A stretch of DNA of 38,805 nucleotides, taken from an uncultured Candidatus Saccharibacteria bacterium (GTDB lineage: Bacteria; Patescibacteriota; Saccharimonadia; Saccharimonadales; CAYOYH01). Under the pieces are notes generated by a model. The model saw only the letters and a program-made list of their open reading frames with translations, did no database searches and had not been told where the DNA came from. The stretch spans positions 1 through 38,805 of the forward strand of contig CAYOYH010000001.1 in NCBI GenBank assembly GCA_964408165.1, in the 5' to 3' direction. The translations under genes were made by a program, and so were the position numbers. Positions 8,435-18,851 of this stretch are shown in pieces (the stretch's first letter is position 1; each line of letters starts with the position of its first letter).

Positions 8435-8989
8435 ATGAGCGGTGTTTTAGCGTGCCACGATATCACATATAGAATTTTGGGGAATATTCTTAGGCTGGGT
8501 TTGAAGGGCACCGTTTGGACCACTAAAACACTGGTAAAAGAAGTTTATAAGCTTATTGACCCAACAACTAAAAGAGAGCTTTCCAGAGCCGGAAAACAGT
8601 CTGAAACAGAGGTAAAAAGATTACTTTACTATGCCAAGAGGAAAGGATATATCGACCAAGACTATCGGACGACTCAGGCCGGCAAACAAAAACTTGCAAG
8701 CTTGAGCCTTCAGCCGTTGTCGATTCCCAAATCATGGAACAAGAAATGGAGCATGATAATTTTTGATGTTCCGGAAGAAAATCGAAGGTTTCGTTACCAT
8801 GTGCGTAGATTGATCAAGCAGCTCGGGTTCGTTCAGCTGCAGCAAAGCGTATGGATTCACCCCGCAGTCTGTGAAAAAGAATTCAAGTTGATAAGCGACG
8901 CCTACTCAGCCGGTGGATCACTGCTACTACTTTCAGTAAATCATAGAAGTACACTAGATAAACACCTAAAACATTTCAAGACTAAATAA
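8435..8989 (+). CDS. PaaX-like transcriptional regulator (wHTH plus Cas2-like ferredoxin-fold domain)
   Basis: WSMIIFDVPEENRRFRYHVRRLIKQLGFVQLQQSVWIHP matches the PaaX/Cas2-like core pattern. The N-terminal ~90 aa are wHTH-like. Confidence 0.65.
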   Translation: MSGVLACHDITYRILGNILRLGLKGTVWTTKTLVKEVYKLIDPTTKRELSRAGKQSETEVKRLLYYAKRKGYIDQDYRTTQAGKQKLASLSLQPLSIPKSWNKKWSMIIFDVPEENRRFRYHVRRLIKQLGFVQLQQSVWIHPAVCEKEFKLISDAYSAGGSLLLLSVNHRSTLDKHLKHFKTK

Positions 8990-9012
8990 CTATAAGTCCA
9001 AATAAATACATA

Positions 9013-9048
9013 ATTATACGTATATGACGGCCGTCATATACGTATAAT
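9013..9048. promoter_or_regulatory. perfect 36-bp palindrome between convergent genes (operator and/or bidirectional hairpin)
   Basis: attatacgtatatgacggccgtcatatacgtataat is its own reverse complement. Confidence 0.7.
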
Positions 9049-9098
9049 ATATTAATCGTGTTTTTATTGTTGAGGTAGTTTTAGGTAGGGTCGGAGGA

Positions 9099-9707
9099 TC
9101 AGTCTAATGTTGGTTTAGCGATAATGTGAAGCCATTTTTCATCGGTTTTGGCTGATGACCAAGATATAATAAACCCACTCTCCTCTAGTATTTGAATTAG
9201 TGGCTTCTGCTCCCAATACTGAAAGAACCTCGGAGCACCAATTTTTGCTTCCGACCATTCGCTACCGCTTCCTCTTTTCATGGTGAAGGTTAAAATACCT
9301 TCTCTTCTCAAGGCAAGGCGTATTTTTCCTAGAGTAGCATTTAATTCCTCCGGCGTTAGATGCAATAAAACGGCGTTGGCAAAAATCATGTCAAAACTTC
9401 CTTCAATCTCGTCCGTTATCACATTCAGAAGCTCTGTGTTTTTGCCATTTTGATTCATATAACCAACGAATGACTGCGCTGCATCCGTCCTAGCTACCGC
9501 GAAACCCTTACTTTCCATGTAGTCCGCATCTCTACCGAAACCACTTCCAATCTCAAGAATCCTTGCGTTTGATGGTAACTTTGCTAGTGCGGTGTCGATC
9601 CATATTTTCTGACCACCCGAAACTTCATGCGGCGTACCGTCAATATATTCTTGTAAATAATTATTGTATGAATCTAGCGTCTGCTCGTTCGTCTCTGACA
9701 TGTACAA
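9099..9707 (-). CDS. class I SAM-dependent methyltransferase
   Basis: Motif I ILEIGSGFGRDADYM and motif post-II FDMIFANAVLLHL. Confidence 0.75.
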   Translation of the reverse strand: MYMSETNEQTLDSYNNYLQEYIDGTPHEVSGGQKIWIDTALAKLPSNARILEIGSGFGRDADYMESKGFAVARTDAAQSFVGYMNQNGKNTELLNVITDEIEGSFDMIFANAVLLHLTPEELNATLGKIRLALRREGILTFTMKRGSGSEWSEAKIGAPRFFQYWEQKPLIQILEESGFIISWSSAKTDEKWLHIIAKPTLD

Positions 9708-9844
9708 AAGTATACCAGCTCTATTGTTGTCTTACCTCCGAGTTAGGGTGTCTAAGTTTTTGGCTTGAATGAAGCTTGGAAGTTATTCGCGAACAGAGAG
9801 GAACCAGATGCTTTGATATTTAATCTTGCATTTAGGATTTGAGT

Positions 9845-10003
9845 CTCTGGCTTGAGTGTAGTTCGCAAGTTCTTGCCGAGAAGTAAATGATAGCTGTATG
9901 AATAATACTGCTATGTTTGCCTCGCAGGTAAAACTTGTGAAATACGCCAAGAGCATAGCTGGAGCAAGTAGCTTTGCTACTTGGCCCAGCTATGCGGCCA
10001 GTG
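9845..10003 (+). repeat. intergenic repeat family A, copy 2, abutting the atpC stop codon
   Basis: Aligns with 1053..1212. The inner hairpin sequence differs but pairing is preserved. Confidence 0.85.
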
Positions 10004-10005
10004 AC

Positions 10006-10461
10006 TCAAACGTCGAGGAAGACGATGACGGAGTTGTCATGAACATGCATAATCCCCTTATTTATCTTCAACTTCTCTTCATCGCGCGCAGTGCGTACTA
10101 TCACTTCTCCGGGCAAAAGGAGTGACAAGAAATTCTTGTGCCCTGGTAAAACATCGAACGGCCCAGTGCCGTTGACGGCTGAAACGCTGTAGGCTGTGCT
10201 ATCGAAATACGTCTGAAACGGTGAATGCACTTTAACTTGGCGCAGCATAATTACGCCTTTGTCATCTTTAACGTCTTCGATGTGTTTTTTGCCTTTTTCT
10301 TTTTTCTTGGCAATTGCTTTAGGGGGGGTTTTGATGATTTCAGCCTGTTCGTCGGTGGCGTCTTTTTCAAGCGTGACCATTCGTGCCTGAGCAGCCTTCA
10401 TTTTTTTTATGGCTTCTTCCTTGGCTTTGTTGTCGCTTTCTTTCAAAGCTTTAGCTGCCAT
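10006..10461 (-). CDS. atpC: F-type ATPase epsilon subunit: beta-sandwich only, with a ~70-aa Lys/Glu-rich N-terminal extension
   Basis: C-terminal MLRQVKVHSPF...GPFDVLPGHKNFLSLLLPGEVIV...IMHVHDNSVIVFLDV matches the epsilon N-domain. I preferred the ATG at 10461 (GAGGTG 4 nt upstream). An alternative ATG is at 10473. Confidence 0.75.
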   Translation of the reverse strand: MAAKALKESDNKAKEEAIKKMKAAQARMVTLEKDATDEQAEIIKTPPKAIAKKKEKGKKHIEDVKDDKGVIMLRQVKVHSPFQTYFDSTAYSVSAVNGTGPFDVLPGHKNFLSLLLPGEVIVRTARDEEKLKINKGIMHVHDNSVIVFLDV

Positions 10462-10560
10462 GTCGCACCTCATAAAATATAGCCAGACTATGCAGGCCTC
10501 TCTTTTTACTGTTTTTTCGGTAGTAGTGCTGTTTTTGCGGCATATTTACCTTTGCAATTC

Positions 10561-12743
<2,183 letters not shown>

Positions 12744-12744
12744 G

Positions 12745-14175
12745 TTATTTTTTCAACTCGATTAGACTGCTTTCGAGCAGTTGCGCCTTCATGCCGTCAA
12801 ATTCTTCGTCTTTGGTAACTTTCTGGGCGTATTCGTTGGCTAGTTTCTTCATGCCGGCAATATCAATAACTGTCCCCGACTCGCTCTCTAGAATAATCGT
12901 CAGCATCAGTTGCTGCGCCATTAGGCTGAACCTCTCGCCTGGTGCTTGGGTGAATAGCTCTAATACTTTCTTGCCTAGCTCAATGTCTCTCCTGGCTTCA
13001 ACTGCCAGCTCGGAGCCAAAGTGGGAAAATTCCTGCGCAGTATGGTACCTAGCCATCAGTTTGAGCAGCCGAGAAGCAATGTCTTTCTGGCGCTTGTTGT
13101 GCCCAATACCTCCAACGCGTGAAACCGAAAGGCCAGTGCTAATTGGTGGACGAATACCGTCGCGGAACATATCCATATCCATGATTAACTGGCCGTCAGT
13201 AATCGACATGATGTTCGTAGGTAGATAGGCGGTGATATCGCCAGCTGGAACGTGGACAATTGGCAATGAGGTCAGCGTCTTGCCTGTGGATTTTATCCGC
13301 CCCGCTCTTTCTAGGAGCGATGAATGAGCGTAAAACATATCGCCAGGATAGGATTCTCGTCCAGGGCTAACACCGGCCACCAAGGATATTTCTCTGTAGG
13401 CAAAGGCGTGGTTAGTTAGATCGTCGTAGATCACCACAACGTCACGATTTTCTTCCTGCCACAAGTACTCAGCCATGGCACAGGCAACGTAGGGCGCAAG
13501 GTAGGACATAGCTAGCGAATCGAACAAATTAGACACAATAACTATGGTGTTGGTCATGGCGTCATTGCTATGGAGCATATTCAGTAGATCGTCAACATCG
13601 GAGCGACGCTTGGCAATCATGCAGTAAATAACTATGCGATCCGTTCCTTTTTGATTAAGTGTCAATTGAGCCAAAAGCGTACTCTTTCCTGATTTGTTTT
13701 CACCAATGAATGCCAGACGCTGACCCAAAAGCAAGGGAAACAGTGAGTCTATGAGGATGGTGCCTGTTTCCAGCTGGTCCTGCAGTTGCTGGCGTCCAAT
13801 AAGTTTCGGCGCTAAATTAAACACTGGCCAGACCTTATCTGGAGTGACCGGGCCTTTACCGTCCATCGGTTTACCATTTACCGTCACCACTCTGCCGATG
13901 AATTCTTTACCAACCTTAGTTACTAGCTCGGTGTGCTGTAACACGGTAGCAACACCTGTCTTCAGAACTTTATTGCCCAAATGGAGCACTGCCACGAAAT
14001 CTTCCGTTACCTCGCGAACCACGCCTTTGGAACCATCGGCAAACATCACTAAGGCGTTTATATTAATCGGGTGGAGCCCTCTAATTTTAAGTAGGTAGCG
14101 ATCGACGGCTATAACTTCGCCAACTGGATTTCCTTTACCTACTAAATAGTGGAAGTGTTTCTCCGATGAGCTCAC
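12745..14175 (-). CDS. atpA: F-type ATPase alpha subunit (divergent, 476 aa)
   Basis: [10 protein letters not shown]-loop and [23 protein letters not shown]. Confidence 0.9.
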   Translation of the reverse strand: MSSSEKHFHYLVGKGNPVGEVIAVDRYLLKIRGLHPININALVMFADGSKGVVREVTEDFVAVLHLGNKVLKTGVATVLQHTELVTKVGKEFIGRVVTVNGKPMDGKGPVTPDKVWPVFNLAPKLIGRQQLQDQLETGTILIDSLFPLLLGQRLAFIGENKSGKSTLLAQLTLNQKGTDRIVIYCMIAKRRSDVDDLLNMLHSNDAMTNTIVIVSNLFDSLAMSYLAPYVACAMAEYLWQEENRDVVVIYDDLTNHAFAYREISLVAGVSPGRESYPGDMFYAHSSLLERAGRIKSTGKTLTSLPIVHVPAGDITAYLPTNIMSITDGQLIMDMDMFRDGIRPPISTGLSVSRVGGIGHNKRQKDIASRLLKLMARYHTAQEFSHFGSELAVEARRDIELGKKVLELFTQAPGERFSLMAQQLMLTIILESESGTVIDIAGMKKLANEYAQKVTKDEEFDGMKAQLLESSLIELKK

Positions 14176-14702
14176 GCTGATACCTCGGCAGCAGGTTGAG
14201 ATTGGCTTGTAGCCGAAGCATCCACCACCATTTTGTTCAAATATTTAGTAAAAATTGGTATGCCCTGCAGCAGTTCGTTGCGCAAAGAAAAATCGTAGCG
14301 ATGTGAAGACGTGTGCATTATGCAGCCGGCAGCAACGCTAGGCTGGACACTAGTTCTGATGAGGACTGTTTTGTTCGAATTATCTCTAAGCCATTTGACT
14401 AGTTTAGACACTACTTCGTTGTTTGGATCGCTGGCAAAAGTGAACCTAACTACTGGAGCATTGTGCTTTAAACCTTCGAGCCATTTACCGAGAGCTCGGA
14501 GGTTTTTGGTGTTCACTTTAAGGTTATTGACTTTCACTATCTGTGCCAATGCCGAAGACACATCTGGAATGTCCTGAAAATCCACGCCTTCTTCGCTGCG
14601 GATCGTGTTTTGGATGCCTTTGTCCAGGACATCCTCTAAATTCCTAAGAACATTTACTACCTGGGTTTTGGTCGCAACTGATACTGGAAGCCTATAGTCC
14701 AC
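14172..14702 (-). CDS. atpH: F-type ATPase delta (OSCP)-like subunit
   Basis: Position in the operon. C-terminal [33 protein letters not shown] resembles the delta C-domain. GTG start. Confidence 0.6.
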   Translation of the reverse strand: MDYRLPVSVATKTQVVNVLRNLEDVLDKGIQNTIRSEEGVDFQDIPDVSSALAQIVKVNNLKVNTKNLRALGKWLEGLKHNAPVVRFTFASDPNNEVVSKLVKWLRDNSNKTVLIRTSVQPSVAAGCIMHTSSHRYDFSLRNELLQGIPIFTKYLNKMVVDASATSQSQPAAEVSA

Positions 14703-14714
14703 CCTTTTTTACTC

Positions 14715-15335
14715 CTAGCTTCCGCTGACGATATCTTCCAATATCGCCTGTTTGTTATCTTCCAAGTGCTGGTAGATGTACTCCATTTGATCGCTAATGT
14801 CTAGCTCGCCACCAATAGCTTCGAGAATGTAGTGGTTAACTACTTGACCCATGTTTTCTTCGAACTTCTCTAGTAGCATTTTCTTCTCGCTGGCTAGTTC
14901 TTCGTGAAGTTTCTGTGTTAATTCGTTCCTCTGTCGCTCAACAGTCTCTTGAGTTTTCTGCAGAGCCTCAACCGCAAGGTCTTTGGCGTTTTCTATGGAT
15001 TTTTCGTATTTGGAGAATTCTTCTTTCAAAACTCCCTTAATCTCCTCCTGCATATATTCGTTTAGGTCAGACGCCGTCAGCTGTAGGTCTTGCTGTAGGA
15101 ACATGGCGTTGTCGTTGATGATTTTTTCGAAATGCAAACGACCGCGGTTACGAAGCTCCTCGCGGAACTCGTCATTAAAAATACGCTCAACATCATCTTT
15201 AGCAGCTTCGATATGATTGGAATTGCGGGACCCCTTACCTGCTGAGCCACCTCGCAATACATACGCCAGCCAGACAAAAGCACTAGTTGTCGCTAGTAAG
15301 CTGATTATGATAAACGCCAGCCATAAAATATTCAC
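14715..15335 (-). CDS. atpF: F-type ATPase b-like subunit (one N-terminal TM helix plus a long charged coiled coil)
   Basis: Architecture and operon position. GTG start. Confidence 0.6.
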   Translation of the reverse strand: MNILWLAFIIISLLATTSAFVWLAYVLRGGSAGKGSRNSNHIEAAKDDVERIFNDEFREELRNRGRLHFEKIINDNAMFLQQDLQLTASDLNEYMQEEIKGVLKEEFSKYEKSIENAKDLAVEALQKTQETVERQRNELTQKLHEELASEKKMLLEKFEENMGQVVNHYILEAIGGELDISDQMEYIYQHLEDNKQAILEDIVSGS

Positions 15336-15349
15336 TTAAACCCCACCCC

Positions 15350-16180
15350 TTAAACTCTTAATATCAAGTATATAGCAAAGAATCCACTTAAGAAAATCGC
15401 TAGTGAGGTTATCACCACTTGGAGCAATCCGCGCATCGCAGATTTCTTGGCTAACGGGTTTCGACCTATCGCGACAAAAGTGCTTCTGATGCCGGCATAA
15501 AGCATGGTTCCACCAAGGCCGGCAGTCACCAGTAGAACCGCCATTGCGGCATAAACTCTCAGTAGCGACACTGGTTCTCCAGCTATAAGCTCACTAAATC
15601 GAACAATTAATTCTGGCGCAGACTGCGCCAAGCGCGGATTCCTTTTGACATCAAGATCAGTTAGTACTCGCCCAATGGCGACATCATGACTTGTCCCATC
15701 GGCTGCTATAGCGGTAGTGGAACTAAGGACGGCATCTGGATTGGTAGTGTCAAAATCCTGCAGAGCTTTGCCAATAACTAGCTCCTGCGAAGCACTGGCC
15801 CTCATGCCGATACTAGAAATCGACGAGGCAGTTATGTAATCTCCTGATCTTATTTCGCCGCCAACAGTGCTGACCATGACCTGGAAGCGTCCGGTCGTAG
15901 CAACAAAGACACCAGCTGTATCTGTTGTTAATGTGACAGGCGATTCGTCAGACCTAACTACTACACCAAAGAGTCGGCTTAGATTATCAAGACTTGCTGC
16001 ATCCACTAGAGTGTCATCCGTTTCATTTCTGGAGACTAGCGCGCCCCTAATGAGTTGGTCGTTAGTTCCATGACCCTGCGTAAAATCCTGTGCGTTAACT
16101 GCAGTAAAGCCAAAAAATATCGCAACCAGGGCAGCCACTACCCCGAACTTGAATGTGTTTTTGTTTATAATAGAAACCAT
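15350..16180 (-). CDS. secreted/membrane protein: signal peptide, ~190-aa extracytoplasmic domain, C-terminal two-TM hairpin resembling an ATPase c subunit
   Basis: MVSIINKNTFKFGVVAALVAIFFGFTAVNA|QD is a signal peptide. The C-terminus is AGLGGTMLYAGIRSTFVAIGRNPLAKKSAMRGLLQVVITSLAIFLSGFFAIYLIL. Start moved to the ATG at 16180, which removes the overlap with the upstream gene. Confidence 0.6.
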   Translation of the reverse strand: MVSIINKNTFKFGVVAALVAIFFGFTAVNAQDFTQGHGTNDQLIRGALVSRNETDDTLVDAASLDNLSRLFGVVVRSDESPVTLTTDTAGVFVATTGRFQVMVSTVGGEIRSGDYITASSISSIGMRASASQELVIGKALQDFDTTNPDAVLSSTTAIAADGTSHDVAIGRVLTDLDVKRNPRLAQSAPELIVRFSELIAGEPVSLLRVYAAMAVLLVTAGLGGTMLYAGIRSTFVAIGRNPLAKKSAMRGLLQVVITSLAIFLSGFFAIYLILRV

Positions 16181-16224
16181 AAGCGCGTATAACTCTAATG
16201 CAGTATAGCTCCTGCGAGAGCGTA

Positions 16225-16806
16225 TTAAAACAGATTTCTCAAGATTGTAACCCCGACCTTGAGGGTTTCGGACATCGTAATTTGCCAACCACTCGGTTGA
16301 TACCACCAAGTCGTAGCCCAGTCGTCATTTACTACGGGGTAATTAATGATTACAACATCAGGGCCAAGCTTGTCACGAAATTCTATGTAGGCTCGCCTCT
16401 GGTGGTACGGCGAGGTTACCAGAATGATACTTTCGTAATCTTTTTTTTGAGCTATGGCTTCACTTTTAATCGCATTCTGAGCGGTATTTTGAGCTTTTTC
16501 TTCTATCTGAATTACGGCGTCAGGTACTGCAGCACGCTTGGCAATTTCACGCATTACTTGCGCATTGGAAGGGCTGAGCGGATCCAGGGCGGCGCCTGAA
16601 AACACTAGCTGAGTGGCCCAGCCTGCTTCGTATAGCTTGATAGCTTGTTCAGTTCTGGCAGTGGTGTCTCCCCCGCTGATTGCAATAATAGCATCTACTT
16701 TTTGAAGTTCGCCACGCGGTGAAAGGTAGTTAGTTAAAAAATTAACCAAAAACGCTCCAAGAAATATTGCTCCAAGTCCCAATATTGCATATTTAATGAC
16801 AAACAT
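16225..16806 (-). CDS. DUF218 / YdcF-ElyC family protein
   Basis: N-terminal TM helix, AIIAISGGDT, LVFSGAA, ILVTSPYHQRRA. Confidence 0.75.
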   Translation of the reverse strand: MFVIKYAILGLGAIFLGAFLVNFLTNYLSPRGELQKVDAIIAISGGDTTARTEQAIKLYEAGWATQLVFSGAALDPLSPSNAQVMREIAKRAAVPDAVIQIEEKAQNTAQNAIKSEAIAQKKDYESIILVTSPYHQRRAYIEFRDKLGPDVVIINYPVVNDDWATTWWYQPSGWQITMSETLKVGVTILRNLF

Positions 16807-16859
16807 ATTTGTAGCTTAATTCTGCCCTAAGACCGTCGAACGCGTCAACTGTTAGTTTG

Positions 16860-17377
16860 AAGTTGGTAAGTTGGAAGGTAGTGGGTTCGAGGTTGAAGGC
16901 TATGAACCAGAATTTAAATTCTAGAAGTCAGAATGAAAAAGACAAAAGCCAAATGAAAAATGTTAAATGCTAGATGTTGAATGCCATGCTAGTAGGCAGT
17001 AAGCGGCAGGTTGGGGGATGGGAGGTGGAATCCGCCAGTGGCGGAAGGAGTAGAAAATAGGAATTAGAAAGTACTAAACAGGGGGTGAATGGGAGGCAGG
17101 AGACAGCAGGTAGTGGGCGGAGGGAGTTTGCAGCCTGTTCCTTGCCATCGATTAGTCCGATGGGTAAGAAGTGGAGGATTTATTGCCAAAGAGCGCCAGA
17201 CCATGTCTGCCTTGTCGCCCGCCTGACTGAAACCATACTCACGGTTAATGTGTAGCTAGGCGAAAATGTCAGTTCGGGCAGGCCCGCCTGACTGGCACCA
17301 TGCCTGTGTTGACACCCAGGCAGGCGTCGAGTACAGGCATGGGTGGGCGGAGGGAGTTGGGAGCCAAGCTCTAAGCT
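16860..17377 (+). repeat. purine-skewed, gene-free region with internal duplications and hairpins
   Basis: The 16-mer gtgggcggagggagtt occurs at 17113-17128 and 17343-17358, and reversed at 27291-27306. gcccgcctgact occurs twice. A 10-bp stem joins 17297-17306 and 17332-17341. Confidence 0.7.
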
Positions 17378-17755
17378 CTAACCTCCAACCGGCGCGTAAA
17401 TGTGTTTTTGAGTCTGTTTGTAGTAATGAGTCATGGCTGTCACCAGGTTGCGTGACTCCTCAAGTGAAGTGTAGTGGTGCAATTGACCGTCTTGAGCTTT
17501 TAATATGCGCTCTCCCCGTATTTCATAACGAGTAGTCAGAGTAATGGTTTTGCCGGTGCTAGGGTCAATAGTTGATTCATACCAAATCCAGGTGTGTTCA
17601 TCTAGGCAGAAGAATTCTCGTCGGTGGCCTTTTGGTACTGGTCCAAACAAAGTGCCGCCAATTTTAGATTCCATGCGAATAAGGTCTCTTTCGGTGAGGG
17701 TTTTTTGGCTAGGTGCTGGGGTGATTAAACTTATTGCCCTGTGCAAAATAGACAT
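17378..17755 (-). CDS. hypothetical protein
   Basis: 125-aa ORF tightly coupled to the upstream 84-aa ORF. Confidence 0.45.
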   Translation of the reverse strand: MSILHRAISLITPAPSQKTLTERDLIRMESKIGGTLFGPVPKGHRREFFCLDEHTWIWYESTIDPSTGKTITLTTRYEIRGERILKAQDGQLHHYTSLEESRNLVTAMTHYYKQTQKHIYAPVGG

Positions 17756-17757
17756 CT

Positions 17758-18012
17758 TTAGGCTGCCCTGCTTTGATTATTTAGCCATCGGCGTCTTTGT
17801 TCAGAAACTGCAGAAGAGATTATCTGCGCTCGGCGAGCTAGCTCGTCAGTCAGAGCTTCAGGCCTAGTAGTACCGTCTCTCTCGTTAAACACTACACCTA
17901 CTGATACTAAATCGGGATTGACCATCTCAGGAAAACGCAACAACTCACTCTCAGATGGAGGGTGCTCTGGTTTTGGTGTGGGCGGTAATGAAAAATTATG
18001 TACGCTTGGCAC
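17758..18012 (-). CDS. hypothetical protein
   Basis: 84-aa ORF, 2 nt from the next ORF. Confidence 0.4.
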   Translation of the reverse strand: MPSVHNFSLPPTPKPEHPPSESELLRFPEMVNPDLVSVGVVFNERDGTTRPEALTDELARRAQIISSAVSEQRRRWLNNQSRAA

Positions 18013-18036
18013 GGTAGCACCTCCCTCTCAAAGAAA

Positions 18037-18825
18037 TTAAATGTTGAATAATTTTTCGGCGTTTTTAGTGGTCGCCTTGGCTAATTCCTCTAGCGATTCG
18101 TCTCTCAGATCACTCAGGAATTTTGCTATTTGCAGTGTTTGTTTTGGCTCATTTATTTTACCACGATAAGGGGTGGGCGTCAAGAACGGCGCATCTGTTT
18201 CCAGCACCAAAGAACCCAGCGGAACAGCTTTAAACGCTGCTAGTTGTTTCGAGTCTTTAGTGAAGGTCGTGATACCGTTTAGCCCCACGAACAAGCCACG
18301 AGATAATACCTCAGTTAATTCTTTTTGTCCAGCACTGAAACTATGAACCACGCCTTTGACGCCTGAATACTGGTCGAATATCGCCCAGAAATCTTCGTAG
18401 GCTTCACGTACATGGAAAATCATCGGCAAATCATACTCCTTAGCTAACGCCATCTGGAAGTGAAAAGCCTGCGCTTGGTCTTTTTTGTCGGAATGATTGT
18501 AGAAATAGTCTAGTCCGCACTCACCAATCGCTACCACTTTCTGTTGCAAGGGTACGGCCCTTGCAACATTTGATTTGTGGTTTAGCAAACTTTCTAGTTG
18601 ATTGTAAGTTTTTTGCCCTAGCTTGGCATCATGTGGGTGCAGACCGATTGAAGCCCAGACATTTTCTCTCGCGAACGCGAACTCAAGAGCTACTTTGCTG
18701 TCTGTGGCGTCGGTGCCGACAACTATCAGCTTGGTCACACCACGACTAGAGGCAGATTTTATCACTTCATCTGAATCTAACTTGTAGTCCAGTGAGTGAA
18801 TGTGACAGTGAGTGTCAACTAGCAT
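18037..18825 (-). CDS. tatD: TatD-family metal-dependent hydrolase/DNase
   Basis: DTHCHIH, ECGLDY, IFHVREA, VVHSFS, LETDAPFL. Confidence 0.9.
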   Translation of the reverse strand: MLVDTHCHIHSLDYKLDSDEVIKSASSRGVTKLIVVGTDATDSKVALEFAFARENVWASIGLHPHDAKLGQKTYNQLESLLNHKSNVARAVPLQQKVVAIGECGLDYFYNHSDKKDQAQAFHFQMALAKEYDLPMIFHVREAYEDFWAIFDQYSGVKGVVHSFSAGQKELTEVLSRGLFVGLNGITTFTKDSKQLAAFKAVPLGSLVLETDAPFLTPTPYRGKINEPKQTLQIAKFLSDLRDESLEELAKATTKNAEKLFNI

Positions 18826-18851
18826 CGATACAGTCGCTACTTCCTCGCACT

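Noticed and set aside
8393-9048. IS200/IS605-like element: a small gene flanked by palindromic hairpin ends.
   Set aside because: The encoded protein has no HUH motif or catalytic Tyr pattern, and it matches the PaaX/Cas2-like pattern instead.
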